A DNA stretch of 64,000 nt, taken from contig OZ253545.1 in NCBI GenBank assembly GCA_965262615.1, positions 832,001-896,000 on the forward strand, in the 5' to 3' direction. A model generated the notes under the pieces. The model saw only the letters and a program-made list of their open reading frames with translations, was not told where the DNA came from and did no database searches. Made by a program: the position numbers and the translations under genes. Positions within the stretch are counted from its first letter, which is position 1. Each line of letters starts with the position of its first letter. Below are positions 32,029-39,431 of the stretch, piece after piece. Origin of the DNA: Alphaproteobacteria bacterium (GTDB lineage Bacteria; Pseudomonadota; Alphaproteobacteria; GM7ARS4; G965262615).

Positions 32029-32753
32029 GCCGTTGTTTGCTGGGTGTCAATTGCGACCACATTGCCACACTGCGTGAGGCGCGCGGCGGGACGCATCCCG
32101 ATGTCATGCGCGCCCTGCCGCTTTTGAAAAAAGCGGGAGCGGACGGAGTCACCGTGCATTTGCGTGAGGATCGCCGTCACATTCACGATGATGATGTCGC
32201 CGCTTTGTGCGGGCAGAATCTCTTGCCCATCAATTTGGAAATGGCGGCAACCGATGAGATGGAGTCCATTGCGCTTCGTCATGCCCCTCAGTGGTGCTGC
32301 CTTGTGCCTGAGGGTCGCCATGAGCTCACCACCGAGGGCGGGTTGGATGTGGTGCGTTTGCATGAGGGTTTGGCACGGCGTGTGGCGCGGCTGCAAAGCG
32401 GCGGCATCAAGGTGTCATTGTTTATTGAACCCGACAGCGCGCAAATCAAAGCGGCGGCGGACATCAAAGCCGATGCCGTTGAGCTGCACACCGGAGCGAT
32501 GTCATTGGCAAGCGGGGACGCTCACGAGCACGAGTGGCGGCGCATTGAGGATGCCGCACGGATGGTGGCACAAACAAACCTTTTGTGTCACGGCGGGCAT
32601 GGTCTCACCTATGACAATGTTTCGCGTTTGGTGGCATTGCCCATGGTGCGTGAGGTGAACATTGGTCATTTTTTGGTGGGGGAATCGGTGTTTGTGGGAT
32701 TGTTTGAAGCAGTGCGGCGGATGCGTCAGGTGATTGACGAAGCGCGCTCATGA
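32025..32753 (+). CDS. pdxJ: Pyridoxine 5'-phosphate synthase
   Basis: LGVNCDHIATLR, HLREDRRHI, ELTTEGGLD, GHGL, EVNIGH. Confidence 0.96.
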   Translation: MSRCLLGVNCDHIATLREARGGTHPDVMRALPLLKKAGADGVTVHLREDRRHIHDDDVAALCGQNLLPINLEMAATDEMESIALRHAPQWCCLVPEGRHELTTEGGLDVVRLHEGLARRVARLQSGGIKVSLFIEPDSAQIKAAADIKADAVELHTGAMSLASGDAHEHEWRRIEDAARMVAQTNLLCHGGHGLTYDNVSRLVALPMVREVNIGHFLVGESVFVGLFEAVRRMRQVIDEARS

Positions 32754-33148
32754 TTATTGGCATTGGCATGGATCGCATTGCCACGCACCGCATTGCCCGC
32801 GCGCTTGACAGATTTGATGAGCGCATGAAGGCGCGTCTGTTCACCAATGATGAGCGCGCCCTGTGTGACAGTCGGAATCTGTGCGCGGCGTGTTATGCCA
32901 AGCGATTTGCGGCAAAGGAGGCGGCATCAAAGGCGTTGGGAACCGGTATGAGAGGCGGCGTGCGTTGGCGTGATATAGAGGTGGTGCGACTGGCAAGCGG
33001 TCAGCCATTACTGTGCTTGCATGGCGCGGCATACAATCGCTTGCAATCCCTTGTGCCTCAAGGCTACACGGCACAAGCTCACCTTACGATTACTGATGAT
33101 GACGAAACCGCGATGGCTTTTGTCGTGCTGGAAGCGGTGAAAATTTAG
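32750..33148 (+). CDS. acpS: Holo-ACP synthase
   Basis: IIGIGMD, RFAAKEAASKALGTG, W.DIEV. Confidence 0.96.
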   Translation: MIIGIGMDRIATHRIARALDRFDERMKARLFTNDERALCDSRNLCAACYAKRFAAKEAASKALGTGMRGGVRWRDIEVVRLASGQPLLCLHGAAYNRLQSLVPQGYTAQAHLTITDDDETAMAFVVLEAVKI

Positions 33149-33450
33149 GATTCTATGTTAGAGCCAGCAATAAAGCCCAGTGCCAAAGTGACAATGGAAG
33201 AGAGAGCAAAAATGGCAGAGCGTATATTTTCGCCATCAACAAGGCATTCAGACCCCGTATAGGTGGAATAGAAACTAGATGCCGCAGAAATGAAAGCAAG
33301 AAACACGATGGCAATAATGCTATATTTTATTGCCCAGCTTGCCGTTTTTAGCCTAAAAAACTTCCTTTCATGGGAACGTTGCTCACCAACCATTTTAACA
33401 GTTTCTTTTCCCAGCTTCTTAGGTGTATTGACTTGTTGCTCTTCGTTCAT
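33145..33450 (-). CDS. Small two-TM membrane protein, candidate toxin of a Panacea TA pair
   Basis: 101 aa, two hydrophobic segments; ATGA overlap with the upstream Panacea gene. Confidence 0.65.
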   Translation of the reverse strand: MNEEQQVNTPKKLGKETVKMVGEQRSHERKFFRLKTASWAIKYSIIAIVFLAFISAASSFYSTYTGSECLVDGENIRSAIFALSSIVTLALGFIAGSNIES

Positions 33451-33926
33451 GAGCTTGCTGCTTGCTTAAATTCATCAACGATAGATTCGTGAGTTATAAT
33501 AAATTTTTCACCTTTTTCGTGCGCCTTGCTCCAAGCACCATCTTTTTTGTGTGTGATATCAACAAGATCAAAGGCTGTCATGTGTCCGTATTTATTGAAG
33601 ACATCGTCAATGACTTGACTGCCCATCTTAAAATCATCACCAAAAACATAGGGGTGTTGGTCGCCAGAAAAAGTACATGCCTCTGTTATGAAGCCATCAC
33701 CGAATCTCTTAAATTCATAATAAACCTCTTCAATGACGGGTCCATACGCCCACGCTTGAAATGACACATCGGAAATCTTTTTGCCGTCAGATTTCGCCGC
33801 GTAATGTCCGTAACACAGGTAGAGAAGTTTTTGCAACTTTATGTGAGTCACCTTGATTGTGCGGCGCGATGCCTCAAACAAGACGGAATTGACAAAAGAA
33901 ACAACCTCTTTTTTGTTCAGTGACAT
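33447..33926 (-). CDS. Panacea (DUF4065/SocA/GepA) domain antitoxin-like protein
   Basis: KLQKLLYLC, FQAWAYGPV..VY, DLVDITH..GAW; AAGGAGAGG RBS. Confidence 0.9.
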   Translation of the reverse strand: MSLNKKEVVSFVNSVLFEASRRTIKVTHIKLQKLLYLCYGHYAAKSDGKKISDVSFQAWAYGPVIEEVYYEFKRFGDGFITEACTFSGDQHPYVFGDDFKMGSQVIDDVFNKYGHMTAFDLVDITHKKDGAWSKAHEKGEKFIITHESIVDEFKQAASS

Positions 33927-33958
33927 GAAACCTCTCCTTTCGTCTTACGGATGCCTCT

Positions 33959-33988
33959 CTTATATCATATAAGCAATTTTTGCGTCAA
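33959..33988 (-). promoter_or_regulatory. Putative sigma70 promoter of the Panacea operon
   Basis: TTGACG (33988-33983), 18-bp spacer, TG-A-TATAAG. Confidence 0.5.
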
Positions 33989-34019
33989 TAACAGACAGAA
34001 AGATGAGCTTAATTATCTA

Positions 34020-34040
34020 CTGGAAGCCGTGAAAGAATAA
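34020..34040 (+). repeat. Second copy of the acpS 3' end (LEAVKE*)
   Basis: ctggaagccgtgaaagaataa versus acpS ctggaagcggtgaaaatttag. Confidence 0.75.
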
Positions 34041-34053
34041 AATAACTGACTTT

Positions 34054-34133
34054 GTGTCGGGCTTCTCGCCGAATACAAAACCGTCAGGAAATAAGCGAGA
34101 GCCCTCGTCTGTGGCTTGTGCAAAGCCCGATAC
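34054..34133. repeat. Structured inverted-repeat element, copy A
   Basis: gtgtcgggctt...aagcccgatac termini; internal gcttctcgc/gcgagagc stem. Confidence 0.88.
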
Positions 34134-34136
34134 TTC

Positions 34137-34166
34137 TTGTCAGTGATGCGTGGAATTTGGTATAAC
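34137..34166 (+). promoter_or_regulatory. Putative sigma70 promoter
   Basis: TTGTCA, 18-bp spacer, extended TGG-TATAAC. Confidence 0.6.
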
Positions 34167-34170
34167 TGTC

Positions 34171-34357
34171 CTTACACAGCTTACATGCAGGCTCGACTTT
34201 TAGGGTTTTTACTCTAGGTCGGGCTTCTCACTGAATACAATACTGACTCGCAATTTTATTGTGAGAAGGGAATAGGTGGGAGCCTTACCTGCGTGTGGCT
34301 TGTGTAAAGCCCGACACCTTATGGGTGTCTCACCAAAACACGCAAGGAGGTAACGCT
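34171..34357 (+). ncRNA. Putative structured leader/riboregulator containing element copy B (34218-34317)
   Basis: Mutually exclusive pairings among 34171-34197, 34218-34226, 34285-34315 and the SD region 34338-34353. Confidence 0.55.
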
Positions 34358-34534
34358 ATGAACAAGACGCTTTTGATGAGTGTTTTTGGCGCGTTCCTTT
34401 TGACATCCCCTGTTTCATCACACGATGTTGCCGCATGGTCGTCTTTCACGAGTGACCATGTCGCGCACAGTGGCGGAACGGATCGCAAGGGGTGTCATTG
34501 GGATCGCAAGAAGGATGTCTATCACTGCCACTAA
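34358..34534 (+). CDS. 58-aa secreted His/Cys-rich protein, YHYH-like family
   Basis: AAGGAGG RBS; signal peptide; HSGGTDRKGCHWDRKKDVYHCH. Confidence 0.8.
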   Translation: MNKTLLMSVFGAFLLTSPVSSHDVAAWSSFTSDHVAHSGGTDRKGCHWDRKKDVYHCH

Positions 34535-34543
34535 AAACACGCG

Positions 34544-34574
34544 CCCTCTTCCTCGCGTGATGCGAGGGGGAGGG
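34544..34574 (+). terminator. Strong hairpin after the YHYH-like gene, probable terminator
   Basis: ccctcttcctcgc-gtgat-gcgagggggaggg; U-tract is weak. Confidence 0.55.
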
Positions 34575-34590
34575 TTGTGTCATGATTTCT

Positions 34591-34625
34591 TGGCTTTTGT
34601 TGTGCTGGAAGCCGTGAGAGAATAG
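34591..34625 (+). repeat. Third copy of the acpS 3' end (AFVVLEAVRE*)
   Basis: tggcttttgttgtgctggaagccgtgaga versus 33114-33142 tggcttttgtcgtgctggaagcggtgaaa. Confidence 0.9.
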
Positions 34626-34637
34626 AACATCTGTTTT

Positions 34638-34720
34638 GTGTCGGGCTTCTCGCCGAATACAAGACCATAAGGAAATAAGCGAGAGCCTTACCTGTGTGTG
34701 GCTTGTGTAAAGCCCGACAC
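34638..34720. repeat. Structured inverted-repeat element, copy C
   Basis: Perfect 11-bp terminal IR gtgtcgggctt/aagcccgacac; left half like copy A, right half like copy B. Confidence 0.9.
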
Positions 34721-34731
34721 CTATGGGTGCG

Positions 34732-35142
34732 TCATGATTTCTTCTTGGCAGACGACTTCTTTTTGCTGTTCCATGTGGTGAGAACGGCGGGCAGAATCAT
34801 GCCGAGCAATAACACATAAAACGCCGCCAAGCCCGAGCCGTAAGGGGCGAGCATCATCAGCACCACTATCCAGACCGCCGCCACGCCAAACCATTGGGGT
34901 TGCAATCGTTTGTGCCAGATGATGCCGCAGCTCACCACGGCATAATAAGTCACCATCACCGTCAAGGACATCCACGCGGCAAAGGAATGACTCGCCTTAA
35001 CGCCGTCATAAAGGCTCACAACAATTGACATGCCAACAATTAAGGTGACCGCCGCCGCGCCCAAAGCCACATAGATGAGATAAAAGCCGATGGCTTCCAA
35101 CAAATTGCGCCGTGTGCGCCAATCAAACGGTTTGCGAAACAT
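34732..35142 (-). CDS. Hypothetical membrane protein, about 4 TMs
   Basis: 136-aa hydrophobic ORF translationally coupled to the acyl-CoA dehydrogenase stop. Confidence 0.65.
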   Translation of the reverse strand: MFRKPFDWRTRRNLLEAIGFYLIYVALGAAAVTLIVGMSIVVSLYDGVKASHSFAAWMSLTVMVTYYAVVSCGIIWHKRLQPQWFGVAAVWIVVLMMLAPYGSGLAAFYVLLLGMILPAVLTTWNSKKKSSAKKKS

Positions 35143-36782
35143 CAGCGTCCCACCAGACCGCGCACCACGACCTGTGCCTGAATTTCCGCCGCGCCCTCAA
35201 AAATATTGAGAATGCGAGCATCGCACAACACACGGCTGATTTCATACTCCAGCGCATAGCCATTGCCGCCGTGAATTTGCAACGCCGCATCGGCATTGCC
35301 CCACGCCACGCGCGCCGCCAGCAATTTCGCCATGCCGGCTTCTATGTCACAGCGTTTGTCCTCATCTTTTTCGCGAGCTGAGAAGAATGTCACCTGACGC
35401 GCCGCCATCACCTCACTCGCCATCAATGCCAGTTTGGTGGCAATGCGGGGAAAGTGCAGCAGTTTGTGTCCAAACTGTGTTCGGTCTGAGGCGTATTGCA
35501 CCGCCAGCTCCAACGCCGCCTGAGCCACACCCACCGCTCGCGCCGCCGTTTGAATGCGAGCCGATTCAAAAGTCGCCATCAATTGCTTAAAGCCCATGCC
35601 TTCCTCACCGCCCAGCAAGGAGGATTCAGGCACGACAAAATCATCAAAGGCAATCTCGTATTCCTTCATGCCGCGATAGCCCAGCACCTCAATCTCACTG
35701 CCAGAGATGTGTGAGTCGGGAAATGGATTGTCATCGGTGCCGCGAGTTTTCTCTGCCAAAAACATGCTCAAGCCGCGATAGCCTTTGTCATTTTTGTTGG
35801 TGCGCGCGAGCAGGGTCATCAAGTCACTGCGTGCGCCGTGGGTGATCCATGTTTTTGCACCGTGAATGTGATAGCCATCGGCTTGTTTTTCCGCCCGTGT
35901 GGCAAGACTGCCCAAGTCAGACCCCACATTGGGTTCGGTAAAGACCGCGGTGGTAAGGGTCTCGCCGGATGCGATGCGCGGCAGCCAGTGTTGTTTTTGT
36001 TCCTCCGTGCCGCCCAAATGAATGAGCTCGGCGGCAATTTCAGCCCGTGTTCCCAGCGAGCCCGCCGCCAGAAAACCCCGTGACAGCTCTTCGGTCACCA
36101 GACACATCGCCATCTTGCCCATGGAAAGCCCGCCGTATTTCTCATCAATGGCAATGCCAAAAACCCCCAGCTGCGCCATCTGATTGATGACCTCCATGTC
36201 AATGAGCTCATCGCGTCCATGCCAGGTCGCCGCATGGGGCTTGATTTCTTCCTCAGTAAAACGGCGAAATTGATCGCGCACCATAGAGAGCATCTCATCG
36301 CCCTCATGACTGTGTCCCATGTTGCCCTGCTGCAGCTGCGCCGCCAGTTCTTGAGTCAGCTCACGACTGCGCGCCCGTGCCATCAGGGCGGTGGATGATT
36401 CATCATTAAAAAATTCCTCATCGCCAAAGTCACTGGGGCGAATGAATTCCTGTTGATTCATGGGCAGTCCGCCCTTGAGCTGCGCGCAATACTCACCAAA
36501 CAGACATTGCACAATCAGCACATCCACAGGCGAAAGGCTACCACTGCCGTCCAAGCTTCGTGCCCAGCTGAGCATCTGCCGCAATGTCTCATAATAGGTG
36601 GCAATCCAACCGTAGCCGTGCGCCTCGTATTGATACTCGGTGAGGCGCGCCCCATCACACGAGCCATCCTCACGGCAGATTTGTTTGCGAACCACCGCCC
36701 TGACATGCTCCTCATACCGCTTGACTTCACTCAGAGCCTGCTCGGCATGGTGCAGCGCGTCTTTTGCATCAAGGGGTGTCAT
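35142..36782 (-). CDS. mcd: Acyl-CoA dehydrogenase, probably (2S)-methylsuccinyl-CoA dehydrogenase
   Basis: AVFTEPNVGSDL, GAKTWITH, IFEGAAEIQA; N-terminal extension HGYGWIATY; downstream of ccr. Confidence 0.85.
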   Translation of the reverse strand: MTPLDAKDALHHAEQALSEVKRYEEHVRAVVRKQICREDGSCDGARLTEYQYEAHGYGWIATYYETLRQMLSWARSLDGSGSLSPVDVLIVQCLFGEYCAQLKGGLPMNQQEFIRPSDFGDEEFFNDESSTALMARARSRELTQELAAQLQQGNMGHSHEGDEMLSMVRDQFRRFTEEEIKPHAATWHGRDELIDMEVINQMAQLGVFGIAIDEKYGGLSMGKMAMCLVTEELSRGFLAAGSLGTRAEIAAELIHLGGTEEQKQHWLPRIASGETLTTAVFTEPNVGSDLGSLATRAEKQADGYHIHGAKTWITHGARSDLMTLLARTNKNDKGYRGLSMFLAEKTRGTDDNPFPDSHISGSEIEVLGYRGMKEYEIAFDDFVVPESSLLGGEEGMGFKQLMATFESARIQTAARAVGVAQAALELAVQYASDRTQFGHKLLHFPRIATKLALMASEVMAARQVTFFSAREKDEDKRCDIEAGMAKLLAARVAWGNADAALQIHGGNGYALEYEISRVLCDARILNIFEGAAEIQAQVVVRGLVGR

Positions 36783-38026
36783 GATGCGCGCGCTTCCTCC
36801 AATGTGATCATTCCCGCCCGCTTGGCATTGACCAGCACCGCCATGTTGCCGGGTTCGTGTTTGTTGTTCATCATTTTCTCGTGGGCGGCGGGGATGTCCT
36901 TCCACGCAAAAGCCTCCGACATGCACGGGTCAATGCGTTTGTCAATGACCAGCTGATTGGCGCGGCTGGCTTGTTTGAGGTGGGCAAAATGACTGCCCTG
37001 CACGCGCTTTTGTCGCATCCAGACAAAGCGGGCATCCATCGTCAGACGATATCCCGTGGTGGCGGCGCAAAACACCACCATGCCGCCGCGTTTGACCAAA
37101 AAGCACGACAGCGGAAATGTCTGTGCCCCGGGGTGTTCAAACACCATATCCACATCCACGCCCTTGCCTGTGATATCCCAGATTGCCCTGCCGAATTCGC
37201 GGCATTGTGTCATGTAGTCTTTGAATGCTTTTTGGTCATCGGGGTCGGGGAGCGGTCCCCAGCAGTTGAAGTCGTTACGGTTGAGCACGGCTTTTGCGCC
37301 CAGTTTCATGACGAAGTCTTTTTTGCTTTTGTCCGAGACAACCCCAATGGCATGAGCTCCCACCACCGATGCCAGCTGCACCGCCATAGAGCCAATGCCT
37401 CCCGATGCTCCCCACACCAACACATTCTCGCCCGCCTTCAGATGATGGGGCTCATGACCAAACAACATGCGGTATGAAGTGGCAAGGGTGAGGGTGTAGC
37501 ATCCCGCCTGTTCCCATGTGAGATGAGGCGGACGCTTCATCAGCTGGCGTTCTTGGGCGCGAGTGAATTGAGCAAATGCGCCATCGGGAGTCTCATACCC
37601 CCAGATGCGCTGACTGGAGGAATACATGGGGTCGCCGCCGTTACATTCTTCGTCATTGCCAGCATCGCGATTGCAATGGACGATGACCTCATCGCCCACC
37701 TTCCAGCGCGTCACCCGATTGCCCACCGCCCAGACAACCCCCGAGGCGTCTGAGCCGGCAATGTGGTAGTCAGACTTATGCACATCAAACATGGAAACAG
37801 GAACGCCTCGCGATGCCCAAATGCCGTTGTAATTGACACCAGACGCCATCACCATCACCAGCACCTCATCATCCTTGATGGTGGGCACTTCCACCACTTC
37901 TTGCACCATGGCTTTGGAGGGAATTCCCTCGCGCTCCCTGCGAATGAGCCATGCATGCATGGAGGCGGGAACATGCCCAAGAGGTGGAATCTCGCCAATA
38001 TCGTAAAGGTCTTTGGTGTCGCTCAT
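36779..38026 (-). CDS. ccr: Crotonyl-CoA carboxylase/reductase
   Basis: KDLYDIGEIPPLGHVP, GVNYNGIWA, IWGYETPDG, RFVWMRQKRVQGSHFA. Confidence 0.96.
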   Translation of the reverse strand: MSDTKDLYDIGEIPPLGHVPASMHAWLIRREREGIPSKAMVQEVVEVPTIKDDEVLVMVMASGVNYNGIWASRGVPVSMFDVHKSDYHIAGSDASGVVWAVGNRVTRWKVGDEVIVHCNRDAGNDEECNGGDPMYSSSQRIWGYETPDGAFAQFTRAQERQLMKRPPHLTWEQAGCYTLTLATSYRMLFGHEPHHLKAGENVLVWGASGGIGSMAVQLASVVGAHAIGVVSDKSKKDFVMKLGAKAVLNRNDFNCWGPLPDPDDQKAFKDYMTQCREFGRAIWDITGKGVDVDMVFEHPGAQTFPLSCFLVKRGGMVVFCAATTGYRLTMDARFVWMRQKRVQGSHFAHLKQASRANQLVIDKRIDPCMSEAFAWKDIPAAHEKMMNNKHEPGNMAVLVNAKRAGMITLEEARAS

Positions 38027-38161
38027 GATAAAAGCCTCCTTGAAAGCGTTGCAAAATGAATGGCGCGTCTTTAATCTTTAGTGAGACAAAATGCTTTTGA
38101 CAAGGAGCGAAAGTGAAATTTCTTTGCACCGTGTTAAAGAAAGCGTATAGGAGGCAACGCC

Positions 38162-39394
38162 ATGCTAGACCAAAAAACATTAAAGCCCCGCACGATTTTC
38201 TGTCACGACAATTTGCCTATTTTGCGTGGTATCAACAGCAATTCCATAGACCTCATCTATCTTGACCCACCCTTCAACAAGGGCAAGAAGTTTCATGCCC
38301 CCATTGGCACAAAGGCAGAGGGGGCAAATTTTGATGATGTATGGTCAAAAGATGATGTGGATGATGCGTGGCACATTCAACTGGGTAAAACACACCCTCA
38401 CACCTGTAATTTCATAAGTGCTGTGGAAGGCGTGGGAAACGAATCAACAAAGTATTACATCATTTATATGGCGATGCGTTTGATGGAAATGAAGCGTATT
38501 CTCAAGGATACAGGAAGCATTTATTTACATTGTGACCCAACGGCAAGTCATTATCTTAAGTTATTGATGGATGGCATTTTTGGTAAAAATCGCCTCGTCA
38601 ATGAGATTATTTGGTGCTATCATGGACCCGGATCTCCTAACATGAAGCAATTTAACAGAAAGAGTGATACGATTTTTTGGTATGCAAAAACTGACCAATG
38701 GACTTTTAACAACAGTGCCATGCGTGTTCCCTACAAAAAAAAAGAGCAAGGATTAGTCGGTGCGATGTCTGCCGATGGTTCTGTTTCCCAAGAAGATGTG
38801 TTGGAACAAAGAAAGCGTGGCAAATTGCTGGAAAACTGGTGGATTATACGCATCGCCGCCAGAAGCAAAACAGAATATGTGGGCTATCCCACGCAAAAGC
38901 CACTGAAGCTTCTCACCCGCATCATTGAGGCTTCCAGCAATGAAGGGGATGTGGTGCTTGATCCATTTTGTGGGTGTGCCACCACTTGCGTGGCGGCTGA
39001 AAAACTTGGGAGACAATGGATAGGCATTGATGTGTCAGACAAGGCGTATGAATTGGTGAAAATTAGGATTAAGAATCAAGTCCCGCACAACATTCTTATA
39101 GAGGGAGACCCCATCTATAGAGAGGATATTCCCAAACGCACCGACATAGACTACAAAAGAAAACCAACTCCTGAAGATAAGGTAGTGCTATATGGTGAAC
39201 AAAGTGGCAACTGTAATGGGTGCAAAACCCATTTTGAAAGAATTGAGAATTTTCATATTGACCACATCATTCCAAAATCAAAAGGCGGGCATAATGAGAT
39301 AGACAATTTGCAGTTGTTGTGTGGTCATTGCAATAGCGTCAAAGGTGACAGACCGATGGAATACCTGCTGGCGCGCCTTGCCAATAATGAGTGA
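38162..39394 (+). CDS. Beta-class amino-DNA methyltransferase fused to a C-terminal HNH endonuclease
   Basis: IYLDPPF, YPTQKP, DPFCGCATT; C-terminal CNGC..IDHIIPKSKGG..NLQLLCGHCNSVKG; lower GC. Confidence 0.9.
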   Translation: MLDQKTLKPRTIFCHDNLPILRGINSNSIDLIYLDPPFNKGKKFHAPIGTKAEGANFDDVWSKDDVDDAWHIQLGKTHPHTCNFISAVEGVGNESTKYYIIYMAMRLMEMKRILKDTGSIYLHCDPTASHYLKLLMDGIFGKNRLVNEIIWCYHGPGSPNMKQFNRKSDTIFWYAKTDQWTFNNSAMRVPYKKKEQGLVGAMSADGSVSQEDVLEQRKRGKLLENWWIIRIAARSKTEYVGYPTQKPLKLLTRIIEASSNEGDVVLDPFCGCATTCVAAEKLGRQWIGIDVSDKAYELVKIRIKNQVPHNILIEGDPIYREDIPKRTDIDYKRKPTPEDKVVLYGEQSGNCNGCKTHFERIENFHIDHIIPKSKGGHNEIDNLQLLCGHCNSVKGDRPMEYLLARLANNE

Positions 39395-39431
39395 CATTGC
39401 ATATGATTGTCGTCATGAATAGACCGGTGAC

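Noticed and set aside
34054-34720. Palindromic elements as integron attC sites
   Set aside because: No RYYYAAC/GTTRRRY cores at the ends and no intI in the window; kept only as an unnamed element.
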